From: Tubulanus polymorphus
Taxonomy: Eukaryota; Animalia; Nemertea
NCBI RefSeq assembly: GCF_964204645.1
Contig: NC_134033.1
Location: forward strand, 6,286,231-6,350,230
Direction: 5' to 3'
Length of the DNA: 64,000 bases
Below the pieces are notes generated by a model that saw only the letters and a program-made list of their open reading frames with translations, did not search any database and was not told the DNA's origin. Of the stretch, positions 32,024-44,644 are shown in pieces. The position numbers and the translations under genes are program-made. How positions within the stretch are numbered: the first letter of the stretch is position 1; every line of letters begins with the position of its first letter.

Positions 32024-32350
32024 TTAATCAACAATTTCTAAATCATGATGACCGTCTTCATTTTTCCCATGATATATTATTTTAAATCCTACTAAATCTT
32101 TCAATTCCTCCGTACTCAATGAAACCCATTTATCAGGTAAAAACACTTTAAATTCTCGTGATGTACTAACATTACAGTAGCTTAAATTAGCTGATACTTT
32201 CTCTCCATATTTAGTTTTTATCTTTTCTAATTTCAATATTTTATGTTCAATTTCTTTTGTAACATCAACTAACTTTTTTATTTCAAATTGTTTTTTTGCT
32301 GGTTTTATTCTGTTATTTATTGTTGCTAAGAATGCTTTTCTATCTGCCAT
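32024..32350 (-). CDS. Small basic hypothetical protein whose ATG lies inside the right TIR
   Basis: 108 aa, TKYGEKV...VFLP...IIYHGK; ATG mirrors the pPolB ATG in the left TIR. Confidence 0.75.
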   Translation of the reverse strand: MADRKAFLATINNRIKPAKKQFEIKKLVDVTKEIEHKILKLEKIKTKYGEKVSANLSYCNVSTSREFKVFLPDKWVSLSTEELKDLVGFKIIYHGKNEDGHHDLEIVD

Positions 32351-32468
32351 TTATTAGGAAAAAAAATTACTTGTGGTGATGAGTGTTAGGAAAAAAAAAT
32401 TACTTGTGGTGATGAGTGGTGTCTCGTCCTCTCGTCCTCTGGCCTGAAACCCCACTTTTCTAATTACT
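32347..32468 (-). repeat. Right TIR of Maverick
   Basis: Reverse complement of 15906-16025 with two extra A in one run. Confidence 0.95.
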
Positions 32469-32512
32469 AACGTTACTCACTTTGGATCGGTTAAGATAAA
32501 TTAAAGGCTGAT

Positions 32513-32636
32513 GATCCGTTTCAGGGATAAAATCGGATAACCGTATATATCTTTCGAATTACCTGATAGCCCAGATCCGTTTCAGGGATAAAATCGAATA
32601 ACCGTATATATCTTTCGAATTACCTGATAGCCCAGA
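32513..32636. repeat. 61-bp tandem duplication within the Gypsy RNase H
   Basis: GATCCGTTTCAGGGATAAAATCG...GATAGCCCA twice at 61-bp period. Confidence 0.9.
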
Positions 32637-32696
32637 CAATGGCTAAACATCCTTTTTCAACCACTGCATAATTACGTTCACTTTTCTTTAGTTTCC

Positions 32697-35600
32697 TCCG
32701 AGCGTTACAAACCGGTAACTTTTCCCCCAGCTCTTCCTGTAATAACATAGCACCGAGACCGTTCTCGGAAGCATCTGTGCGCAAAATGAACTCAAGCGAG
32801 AAATCAGGTAGGCGCAGAACAGGACTGGTAGTAAGACAATTCTTCAAAGTCTGGAATGCACGTTCCTGTTCGGGACCCCATTTAATGATATTTGACTCGC
32901 CTTTCTTTGTCAAATCAGTCAAAGGCACAGCTATCACCGAATAGTCAGGAATAAAGCGAGAGTAAAAAGAAACCATTCCTATAAAAGATCTAAGTTGTTT
33001 CTTAGTTCTAGCCGTTCAGCATTCAAGACAGCCTTAACTTTATCGGGATTTGACTCGATGCGATTATCTCCTGCCATAAAACCTAAACACGGCAGTTTTA
33101 CAAAACCGATTTCGCACTTACTTGGCTTTGCAGTTAAACCAGCCTTGCGCAAACGTTGGAATAATTCTGCTATGCTTTCAAGATGATCTTCCCACGTTGT
33201 TTCCGTGTGAATGATAATATTATCAACAATATTACAAACATTTCTCATTCCGTCAATAACTTTCCGTACTAACCTGTTGAAAGTTGCTCCCGCATTTACG
33301 AGACCAAAAGGCATCATTTTGAACTGTTTCAGGCCTTTACTGCTTGCAAAAGCGGTATATTTCTTAGCATTTGGATCGGGACACACTTGCCAGTAACCTT
33401 TCGTCAGATCTATTTGTGTTAGATACTTGGCTCCAGCAAGTTTGGTAAACAGTAACTCCGAATCACTCATTGGTTCCGCATCAAAAACTGTAATACGGTT
33501 GTTTGGACTGAAATCGATACATACCCTATTTGTGCCATCAGGTTTTTTTTACCATAAGAAGGGCAGAACAATAAGGCGAATCTGAGTCCTCAATTATATC
33601 TATCTTTTCCATCTTATCCATTTCTTTTTCAAGGATATTTTGAGAATTAAATGGTTGGATATTGTTTAGTCCGTATGGGTTCATCTGAGGTCACAACAAT
33701 ATTATGTGCTACCAAGTTCGTCTTACCTGGCTTATCAGTCAAAACATCAGTAAACAATTCCAAGACATCACTTGCAGACCTTTTCTGATCGTCGCTGAGT
33801 TCTGGACCGAATAAAACATCATTAATAGTTTCACCAGATGGCTAAGTAGGACAAAGTGACTCATCTAGATTATCACCTACCCCCTCGTCTAGATTATTCT
33901 CCCAGGGAGGAGAATATACAACCCTTACGTTACAAGACACTCTTTCAATGTATTTCTTCAACATATTTATGTGGAATGTTTTAACCTTGTTCCCAACTTT
34001 TATACGATAGCCTAAATTATTCATCTTCTCTGCAACCGAATATGGTCCACTCCATTGAAGGAGTAACTTATTTGGCTTGGTTGGTAAAAGCAATAATACC
34101 TTGTCACCTACATCCAAATTCTGGTTTCTGAAGTCTTTATCTCATTTGTTTTTTCCTGGCCTTAGTGAGATTCTCATGGGCCAATTTTACCGTAGTTTCA
34201 AACCTATCCTTAAGGTCGAGAACATATTGATAAACGGTTTCTACTTCAGGATTAGGCAACTCTTTGGTCCATAATTCTTTAAGTTTAGTTTAAGTTTAAC
34301 TTTAAATTTATTGAAATATACCATCATGGTCCTTAATTTCATACAATAAGTTTCTAATACAGTACTTACAGAATTATACATTACATTTCGGAAAATATAA
34401 AATATAATATGTCCTAACGCCGTTTCTATATCGGCACCCGTCACTTTGTAAAGTTGTAAAGGATATAACAACATTAATCATATACGTGATTGGATTCTTT
34501 TCAGACCTACGAAACAGTATTTACCTAAATTTAGCAATTCGTTCTCGTTCTGTGTACTCAATAATTGAGTAAATTTATGTACTGATGGGTATCTATAATA
34601 ATAACGTTTTATAAATTTCTGTCGTAAATCATGAAATCTAGGGCATTTTAGAATAAAATGGTATTCATCTTCAAGATCAGTTCCGTCGCAAAATCTACAG
34701 TTCCTCCGTTGTCTCTCCAGTGGAGGTCTTTGCCACCTCCCCGTTTCAATTAATAAGATGTGGCTACTCATTCGTATTTTAGCTATACTTTTACGATAAT
34801 TCGTATTAATCAGTCTTAAATATGTTTCTTTTTCAAAAATTGATTTTGCTTCTCTGTAGAATGTAACTTTTCTGTATTCGTTTAGCTTCCCCTGCCAGGT
34901 TTGAATGAACTGATCTTGAAGACGACGTTTTACAGTATTAATAAAGGTTGTCACATTATCTACATAACCATTAATCCATGCGTATTGCAAACCTAAACCA
35001 TACAATATATTTTTAATATTTGATGCCCAGTTATTTTTGTTATTATTTATAACTTCATGCCTCATAATGAGGTAGAGTCGTCTGTTTAAAAAGGAAGTGT
35101 TATTGTCTGTGAGTTTTAGCCAGTATTTTATAGCTCTTAACTGGAAATTTAAATAAAGGGGGAATCTCCCCAGATCACCATATATATATCCTATAGGTGT
35201 ACTTTTCTTTACCCCTAATATCTCTCGACAGAAGTCTAAGTGTATTTTCTCGATCAAAGGTATTTCTTTTGTACCCCATATCTCACACCCATAACTTAAG
35301 ATGGGCACTACTAGTGAGTCAAAAAGATACATAATAGTTTGTATTTTTAGATATCTAAAATTTTCAGTGTATTGTTTTATCGCAAACAGCGCACGCTTTG
35401 CTTTATTAATTACATATTCATGATGTCTCCCAGTTTTACCGTTACTTTGCATGATATAGCCCAAATAGTTGTACTGGGTCACTACTTCTATTTCTTTTCC
35501 ATCGATATGGAATATATCATTTCTGCCGCCTCGCCTCTTAAAAATTACAATTTTGGTTTTCTCAACATTAATTCCCATTTGCCACTTTTTACAATACTCT

Positions 35601-38600
35601 GAAAAGTGGTAAAGACCGTTTTGTAGACCTTCAGCCGAGTCTGCAATAAGCACCGTATCATCGGCGTAAAGTAATACATACAGTTTTAGCATATAATAAC
35701 TAACTCCGTTGTAGCCAGCGTTTATAAGTTCATCTTGTAAATCATTTAAAAACATACTGAAAAGAAATGGCGAAAGGCTCTCTCCTTGCCTTATCCGAGC
35801 GTTACAAACCGGTAACTTTTCCCCTAGCTCTTCCTGTAATAACATAGCACCGAGACCGTTCTCGGAAGCATCTGTGCGCAAAATGAACTCAAGCGAGAAA
35901 TCAGGTAGGCGCAGAACAGGACTGGTAGTAAGACAATTCTTCAAAGTCTGGAATGCACGTTCCTGTTCGGGACCCCATTTAATGATATTTGACTCGCCTT
36001 TCTTTGTCAAATCAGTCAAAGGCACAGCTATCACCGAATAGTCAGGAATAAAGCGAGAGTAAAAAGAAACCATTCCTATAAAAGATCTAAGTTGTTTCTT
36101 AGTTCTAGCCGTTCAGCATTCAAGACAGCCTTAACTTTATCGGGATTTGACTCGATGCGATTATCTCCTGCCATAAAACCTAAACACGGCAGTTTTACAA
36201 AACCGATTTCGCACTTACTTGGCTTTGCAGTTAAACCAGCCTTGCGCAAACGTTGGAATAATTCTGCTATGCTTTCAAGATGATCTTCCCACGTTGTTTC
36301 CGTGTGAATGATAATATTATCAACAATATTACAAACATTTCTCATTCCGTCAATAACTTTCCGTACTAACCTGTTGAAAGTTGCTCCCGCATTTACGAGA
36401 CCAAAAGGCATCATTTTGAACTGTTTCAGGCCTTTACTGCTTGCAAAAGCGGTATATTTCTTAGCATTTGGATCGGGACACACTTGCCAGTAACCTTTCG
36501 TCAGATCTATTTGTGTTAGATACTTGGCTCCAGCAAGTTTGGTAAACAGTAACTCCGAATCACTCATTGGTTCCGCATCAAAAACTGTAATACGGTTGTT
36601 TGGACTGAAATCGATACATACCCTATTTGTGCCATCAGGTTTTTTTTACCATAAGAAGGGCAGAACAATAAGGCGAATCTGAGTCCTCAATTATATCTAT
36701 CTTTTCCATCTTATCCATTTCTTTTTCAAGGATATTTTGAGAATTAAATGGTTGGATATTGTTTAGTCCGTATGGGTTCATCTGAGGTCACAACAATATT
36801 ATGTGCTACCAAGTTCGTCTTACCTGGCTTATCAGTCAAAACATCAGTAAACAATTCCAAGACATCACTTGCAGACCTTTTCTGATCGTCGCTGAGTTCT
36901 GGACCGAATAAAACATCATTAATAGTTTCACCAGATGGCTAAGTAGGACAAAGTGACTCATCTAGATTATCACCTACCCCCTCGTCTAGATTATTCTCCC
37001 AGGGAGGAGAATATACAACCCTTACGTTACAAGACACTCTTTCAATGTATTTCTTCAACATATTTATGTGGAATGTTTTAACCTTGTTCCCAACTTTTAT
37101 ACGATAGCCTAAATTATTCATCTTCTCTGCAACCGAATATGGTCCACTCCATTGAAGGAGTAACTTATTTGGCTTGGTTGGTAAAAGCAATAATACCTTG
37201 TCACCTACATCCAAATTCTGGTTTCTGAAGTCTTTATCTCATTTGTTTTTTCCTGGCCTTAGTGAGATTCTCATGGGCCAATTTTACCGTAGTTTCAAAC
37301 CTATCCTTAAGGTCGAGAACATATTGATAAACGGTTTCTACTTCAGGATTAGGCAACTCTTTGGTCCATAATTCTTTAAGTTTAGTTTAAGTTTAACTTT
37401 AAATTTATTGAAATATACCATCATGGTCCTTAATTTCATACAATAAGTTTCTAATACAGTACTTACAGAATTATACATTACATTTCGGAAAATATAAAAT
37501 ATAATATGTCCTAACGCCGTTTCTATATCGGCACCCGTCACTTTGTAAAGTTGTAAAGGATATAACAACATTAATCATATACGTGATTGGATTCTTTTCA
37601 GACCTACGAAACAGTATTTACCTAAATTTAGCAATTCGTTCTCGTTCTGTGTACTCAATAATTGAGTAAATTTATGTACTGATGGGTATCTATAATAATA
37701 ACGTTTTATAAATTTCTGTCGTAAATCATGAAATCTAGGGCATTTTAGAATAAAATGGTATTCATCTTCAAGATCAGTTCCGTCGCAAAATCTACAGTTC
37801 CTCCGTTGTCTCTCCAGTGGAGGTCTTTGCCACCTCCCCGTTTCAATTAATAAGATGTGGCTACTCATTCGTATTTTAGCTATACTTTTACGATAATTCG
37901 TATTAATCAGTCTTAAATATGTTTCTTTTTCAAAAATTGATTTTGCTTCTCTGTAGAATGTAACTTTTCTGTATTCGTTTAGCTTCCCCTGCCAGGTTTG
38001 AATGAACTGATCTTGAAGACGACGTTTTACAGTATTAATAAAGGTTGTCACATTATCTACATAACCATTAATCCATGCGTATTGCAAACCTAAACCATAC
38101 AATATATTTTTAATATTTGATGCCCAGTTATTTTTGTTATTATTTATAACTTCATGCCTCATAATGAGGTAGAGTCGTCTGTTTAAAAAGGAAGTGTTAT
38201 TGTCTGTGAGTTTTAGCCAGTATTTTATAGCTCTTAACTGGAAATTTAAATAAAGGGGGAATCTCCCCAGATCACCATATATATATCCTATAGGTGTACT
38301 TTTCTTTACCCCTAATATCTCTCGACAGAAGTCTAAGTGTATTTTCTCGATCAAAGGTATTTCTTTTGTACCCCATATCTCACACCCATAACTTAAGATG
38401 GGCACTACTAGTGAGTCAAAAAGATACATAATAGTTTGTATTTTTAGATATCTAAAATTTTCAGTGTATTGTTTTATCGCAAACAGCGCACGCTTTGCTT
38501 TATTAATTACATATTCATGATGTCTCCCAGTTTTACCGTTACTTTGCATGATATAGCCCAAATAGTTGTACTGGGTCACTACTTCTATTTCTTTTCCATC

Positions 38601-38890
38601 GATATGGAATATATCATTTCTGCCGCCTCGCCTCTTAAAAATTACAATTTTGGTTTTCTCAACATTAATTCCCATTTGCCACTTTTTACAATACTCTGAA
38701 AAGTGGTAAAGACCGTTTTGTAGACCTTCAGCCGAGTCTGCAATAAGCACCGTATCATCGGCGTAAAGTAATACATACAGTTTTAGCATATAATAACTAA
38801 CTCCGTTGTAGCCAGCGTTTATAAGTTCATCTTGTAAATCATTTAAAAACATACTGAAAAGAAATGGCGAAAGGCTCTCTCCTTGCCTTA
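32697..38890. repeat. 3,097-bp near-identical tandem duplication (32697-35793, 35794-38890)
   Basis: All ORFs recur at +3097; one substitution noticed (CCCCCAG vs CCCCTAG). Confidence 0.95.
34284..35793 (-). mobile_element. Duplicated 3' part of the RTEX-like LINE
   Basis: Copy of 37381-38890 created by the tandem duplication. Confidence 0.88.
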
Positions 38891-39260
38891 CTCCACTGTT
38901 ACAGATAAAGGGGTTAGAGAAACCATTATGCTTTACTACTGACTTCACTAAAGAATACATACTTCTTAAGTATTTTACCATCTATACCTTATTAATTTAA
39001 ACCATAATGCGTCTCGGTTAATGGCATCAAACGCCTTAGAAAAATCTATATAAGCACAGTACAGTTTCCTGCTGTGGGTAATAAAATTATTAATCACTGA
39101 CTGTAAGGTAAAAATATTGTCCATAGTTCCACACTTGGGTCTAAACCCGGATTGACTATCAGAGAAGACATTGTAAGCTTCAGCCCAAGTTGTCAGCCTG
39201 TTAGTTAGTAATGATGAGAATAGTTTGCCAACAATACTAAGGATGGTTACCCCTCTATAA
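37381..39260 (-). mobile_element. 5'-truncated non-LTR retrotransposon (RTEX-like, clade tentative) inserted in the Gypsy integrase
   Basis: NYRGVTIL, QSGFRP, IDFSKAFD, GVRQG, YADD, C-terminal SSH.L.IETGRW...CxxC...EDEYHF..C; (CTTAAA)-like tail; TTAAG duplicated at 37376-37380 and 39261-39265. Confidence 0.88.
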
Positions 39261-42149
39261 TTAAGAACAGCCAAAGGCCCTCTCACCTTAAACCCGTACA
39301 ACAATTCGAATGGGAGAAAATCCCGTACTTTCTTGCGGGACTTCTCGGTACGCAAACAAAATTGCATCTAAATACCTATCCCAAGAGTTGGGAGTGTCGG
39401 AACAGACTTTACGTAACATAGATTTTAACGTGCCGTTATACCGTTCACAAAGACCGTTCCCCATCGCATGATAAGGAGTCGTAGTTATACCTCGCATCGA
39501 TATAAGTTTCTTACCTCATTCATCATATCAGATGTAAATTGACTGCCTCGGTCAGATAACATTTCACGAGGAATACCCATACGGGAGAAAATACTTAACA
39601 ATGCCTCGGCTACAGGCTCTGTATCTATATGGCGTAAAGCGACTGCCTCGGGATACCTGGTCGCGAAATCAACCAGAGTTAAGATATAACGATTACCTTT
39701 TTCTGTTGCCGGTGCTAAGGGTCCAATTAAGTCAACAGCTACACGTTCGAATGGAGTACCTATTAACGGTAAACTGCCCAATGGAGCCTTAAGAACATTT
39801 CCTTTCGGGAATACACGCTGACAAGAATCGCATAACCTACAGAAGCGACTAACATCGGCATTAACCCCTGGCCAATAAAAAATGTTCGCTGATTCGATCG
39901 TAGGTTCGACCCGCACACATATCACCACTCATGGGTGACTCATGACCGACACTTAATACGTGTTGACGAAAAGACTCTGGTACCACTACCTGACGGAAAA
40001 CATGACCATTCCTTACCTTAGGAGATTTAAACTCACGATAAATAACACCGTTTTTATGCAGGAATAATGTTGTGGAGCCATTCTTTTTACTTACAACGTT
40101 AGCTAACTTAGCAAGACGACAGACATTCGCAAGAGTTTTATCTTTTCCTTGAGGTTCTCTCAATAAAGAAGTTTCCAGTTTCTAGGCGCCATTTTGTGGC
40201 GGTCCCTCGAGGTCCCCATTGTTGCGATAATTTGCGCTCATTTTTAAAACATAAGTTTAGATTGAATATCCTATAGTTCTGCAGTCCCTTGCTCGACGAA
40301 ATCAATTTATACACTATTTTCAAGTAAATGAAATGCAGATATTTGCTGGCGATTCTTGGAATTTTTGAACGCAAAAATTGAGAACAATGACGATGTAAAA
40401 CCAAGGACCGCATATCTTAACCGTTCGTAAAAGAAACCGCAATATCTATTAAGTAGGATATTTACCGCTAGGTTCCACCAATCTTAAGGGTGATAAACCA
40501 CGCTTCTCGCGTAATTTCTGTGCCCTGGTTTGTACCATATTAGCTTTGCCTACCTCCTGCGCTTGCCAAAGAGTGTAAGGATTATCAGGTTGTCTAGCCC
40601 CCGTTACATTTCCTACAATAAGATTGTAACACGGGGTCTCTATGACCCAAGCCTCGCACTTACCTTCGTAATAAGGCGTATCGATGACAATCAAAGCAAT
40701 AGGTGCGTTTATAACACGGCCATCAATACACGATAATTCTTGGAACATTCCCGTAAACTGGTTATTATTAACCAAGGACTGGCGGACTACCACTACACTA
40801 CAACCAGAATCACGGAGGACATCAACTAAATTATCATTAACTTTTCCAGTAACAACTGGCATACTAACTTGGAGCTCTTCGTTATCTGATTGAGAAACCG
40901 GGCTCGAATCAATAATAGGATGAACTCCAGCACCGCCTTGACCCTTATTAGGCTTCAACTCCTGGTGCTTGCGATAACACGTTTCTTCAGTATGACCACG
41001 ACGGTTACAATACTCACATGAAATAGGCTTTGTTTTAGCATAACCTTCCTGGCTTTCTGGAATATTCTTACCCTGACCAGAGTCTCCATATGGTGGTTTA
41101 ACAGAAGATTCTCTACCTGACCGCTGTGAACAAGTACTCTGTTTCGGTTTACCGGTTGGACGAGAAAAACTTGTGGCATCGCCACCCCTTGCTTCACAAA
41201 ACTGGTCGGCAAGTTTCACCATATCAGATAACGATGTAGGTGCTCGTTCCTTTGAAAGCAATTCACGGTTAACAGACTGGATAAACTAGATAAACTAATC
41301 TCTATTCACCAAATCGAATAAAGTTGCATACTTTTTGTCAGTGCCGGGAGCTCTATCCACCTGGATAAGTAATTTTCGAGACGTACGGAAAACTGACTAA
41401 ATGACTCGCCCGTCTCAGGTCGAGCCTACCTGAACTTCTTACGGAAGTCATCTTCAGTAAAAGCAAACCTCTTAAGCAATGCTAACTTCAACTGTTCAAA
41501 ATCATTTATCTCAGTTGAGGGTAAACGAGAATATACTTCTAGAGCCTTACCTGTCAACAGGACACTGAGATGCGTAGACCACATAGCCCTATCCCATCTC
41601 ATACACATAGCATGACGTTCGAATCTTAACAGATAAGCATCTATATCATCTTTCTTAACGTCGAAATTAGGAAGCTTCGGCATTTTAGAGTCTGACTTAG
41701 GAGCTGGTATTTGAGCTTGAGCCTCCAAAACTTAAGCTCGTGTTCACGTCTTAATTGACGCTCTTCACGTTCTATAGCTTGCTGGTTGGTAACATATTTT
41801 TGCAACTCATTACCCTCTAAACTCATTGTCTTTCCGAGTTCAACTAATTTCTGTAAAAGTTCCGCTGTAGACGTTCCGTGAGATAAACACGATTTCAATC
41901 AAGTAAGAGATACTTCGTTCTGCTTTACACGAAATAAACTCAAGAAAATTGTAAAAATAGAATGAAATTAGTTCTCATCTCAGAATATGTAATTGACTAT
42001 AATGGATTTTTCTACAAACGTTAACAATATCTCACAGAAATGTTTAGATTGTAATGATGATATATAAATTGAATAACTGTTACCGGTGAATCACCGGTAA
42101 TAAGGATTTTAGAAGCCTGAACATTATTCGGACTACCCGAAGATGATGA

Positions 42150-42432
42150 CTGACTTCGTGGCCTTTTTTGCTTGCTTCAGCATTGATACCGAGAACATCC
42201 AGGAACGTGCGGGTCAGTTCTTTCGCCCAATCAATACTGATATGTACACCCTTGGTATCAGTAAAGTCGAACATCGATCATACCGCTGATCCATCTGGGC
42301 AGAATATTTTATCATTATCTATGTAATGAGGCCTGCTCTCGTTATCACAAAAGTATCTGTTTACGAGGGATGTCAAAGTCATAGCTGTTTTGCTTTTCCC
42401 CTCCCGAGGCAAGATACTGGATATGTCTATAT
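42150..42432 (-). pseudogene. SGNH/GDSL esterase-like remnant (as in ORF1 of some LINEs)
   Basis: Minus frame PSANIDISSILPR...N...YIDN...*...DTKGVHISIDWAKEL, resembling the SGNH C-terminal half with a Dxx(x)H motif; one internal stop. Confidence 0.45.
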
Positions 42433-43702
42433 TTGCAGAAGGGCTTTAAGAGTTTAAATAGGACTGATGATTTCATTGGCGTTCTGTTGGAGGGTGAGAG
42501 GTGGTATAACGGGAGCTATTAACATACACGACTGACACAAAATGAACTGAGCACAATGATCAAATTCTTGCCCAAAAGAGACTGTCCCAAAGTTTATACA
42601 AAATGGAATTGTGTGATCATTATCTTGTTTCCTCCATGAATCAAACATGATTTACAGCGTAAATCCAAAATGACGGTTTCCATGAAACCAATAAAGAAGC
42701 CTAAACACTCTACTTGGTATATGTTTAAAAGCACACTATTTATCAATCTGTCCCTTCAAATTGTATATGAGCATGCGCAGATCATTCTCCCCCAGCAGGG
42801 AGCCTGATTGTTTCGCTAGCTAGACTCGGCCACGGCACAGAATCCTGCCACACTAGACCGGGTGCGCTCCGGGTGTGCTCCTCGAGACCGCTGCTACCAT
42901 GCAATTTAGAAATTTTGGACGAAAATAGCATAATACGCGTATGCAGAAAAATCGACGAACAACCACTCGCGTGCGCTTTGCGCTTGACTCAACCGGATGC
43001 CCCGCGCGTTTCTATGAAGATATTTTTACGAAAGTAGGGTCAACAAAATCCTCAGATAAAACTCTATCTTCAATGAAAAATTCTACATTGTATCTCAAAA
43101 CATGAAAAAGTTACAGTCAATAACACAAAATCACCAATCTTTTTGAGGCGCTTTCCTCAAAGTGACGTATATTTTTAAACTGCAACTGTATCCGATTGTC
43201 GCAGCCGAGAAAAATAAAATAAACAACATCAGAAAATAGAAATTGTCACCTTTCTAAGGATCTATGACTTAAAATTTTGAAGCAAAAGAGGGATGGACTA
43301 CAATGAATCGCGCTAAAGGTTTTATCACCACCAAATTGGTGGTGATTCCCTGTATCAAAATGATGATATAGAAACCTATTTCCAACCTACGTATGTAGAC
43401 GATTAGTAGGCCTATAAGATATTTCACCATTTGTAATGAATTCTTGCAACACGAATTCATATTCTATTTAACTGTATTTACATTATACATAATAATATAT
43501 TTTCACAGAATCTAAGTTGATTGTAAATAGTGAAGTTCAGATTCCAGAGAATTGATTTCTCATTCACTGTTAGTCTTGCGATTCGCCAAATGAAGCGTAG
43601 CTGTAATAAAAGTTGAATTGATTTTCCAATAAGCGAGAAAACAAATTCAGTTCCAGCACATTCTCAGACAGTCAGCATACTCTCACTTTAATGTATTGAA
43701 TT

Positions 43703-44644
43703 ATGAATTCAACTCAGATGCGAATTGGTCGAACCTATCCTAGTAACATCATTATCATGTCTGTTGTGAACAGGTCTGGAATCCACCGGATTGTTTTATT
43801 GGTGATTCTACCTATTTTGTTCGTGTTAGGAGCCTTCGGAAATTCAGCAACGTTCCTGGTAATGATAGGTCGCAGATTCCGCAGCGTATCTTACGCGAAC
43901 TATCTTATATTTTTGTCTCTCAGTGACTCTATGTACTGTATCAATTACACACTGATGCCTTTGTTACAGTTTATTCTCTTCCATCGTAACACTGGCCCGA
44001 TATTCATCATGGATTCGCTGATCAGTTGTCAAGTCTATGAATTTGTAATGGCGCTTGCGGTAAGCAATAGCGCATGGTTAATAGTAGCTATATCTCTAGA
44101 ACGTGCGGTAGTTGTGCTATTCCCGTTCACATCTCGTTCGATATGTACGCCGAGATTCGCCAGATTCGTTGTATTGATAATTACTGCAGTAAATACACTG
44201 GTTCTTTCTCTTACACCTGTTTTGTCGATACATTTAACCGACCCGTATTTCGGTTGTTACTACGAATTATTTGACCAGATATCATATTACACAAGTATTG
44301 TCGTCCACATTCATATAATACCTTTAACTTTGATTATTACATCAAATGTCGGTATAATCATTCAGTTATTCAGAGGTTCAAAAATGATTTCGTCTGGCCA
44401 GAAAACTACAAAAGCAAAACGTACAACAATAATGCTTGTAACAGTTTCACTCGCATTTGCGCTTTTTAATCTACCGCCTGCTATTACTACAATTTTACCA
44501 ATCTCACCAGAACACAGAGATATTCTATTGGAAATTTTCACTCAGTTTCAAATTTGTAACTACGTAGTCAATTTTTACATATATCTTTTATTAGGACGAG
44601 AAATTCGTGAATACTTTTTGATGAAAATCCGATGTAAGAATTGA
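43703..44644 (+). CDS. Intronless rhodopsin-family GPCR, paralog 2
   Basis: 313 aa, colinear with 8260-9210 (roughly 70% identical by eye), same TM motifs. Confidence 0.9.
   Translation: MNSTQMRIGRTYPSNIIIMSVVNRSGIHRIVLLVILPILFVLGAFGNSATFLVMIGRRFRSVSYANYLIFLSLSDSMYCINYTLMPLLQFILFHRNTGPIFIMDSLISCQVYEFVMALAVSNSAWLIVAISLERAVVVLFPFTSRSICTPRFARFVVLIITAVNTLVLSLTPVLSIHLTDPYFGCYYELFDQISYYTSIVVHIHIIPLTLIITSNVGIIIQLFRGSKMISSGQKTTKAKRTTIMLVTVSLAFALFNLPPAITTILPISPEHRDILLEIFTQFQICNYVVNFYIYLLLGREIREYFLMKIRCKN

Larger units (their letters stand above)
15906..32468 (+). mobile_element. Full-length Maverick/Polinton (endogenous polintovirus), 16,563 bp
   Basis: AGT...ACT termini; TIRs 15906-16025 and 32347-32468 identical except for homopolymer length; 6-bp TSD AACGTT (15900-15905, 32469-32474); pPolB, integrase, ATPase and capsid genes. 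Confidence 0.97.
32475..41900 (-). mobile_element. Decayed Gmr1-type Ty3/Gypsy retrotransposon (gag-PR-INT-RT-RH order)
   Basis: Gag DDIDAYLLRFER...LLTGKAL (41426-41898); CCHC plus LRDSGCS protease (40449-41261); integrase FYWPG/VAVDLIG/SDRGSQF/ERYN (39265-40163) and its C-terminus (36939-37380); RT IDLTKGYWQ/MPFGL/VDN (36076-36900); RH TDAS. Many frameshifts. Confidence 0.9.

Noticed and set aside
15906-32468. Viral or bacterial contaminant contig
   Set aside because: Exact TIRs, a 6-bp TSD and a host retroelement reading frame continuous across the insertion show genuine integration.
34478-36073. Novel 531-aa RT gene
   Set aside because: Explained entirely by the duplication junction between two decayed elements.
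41900-42150. 5' LTR/PBS of the Gmr1 element
   Set aside because: No copy of the 15159-15623 sequence or a recognisable PBS found.
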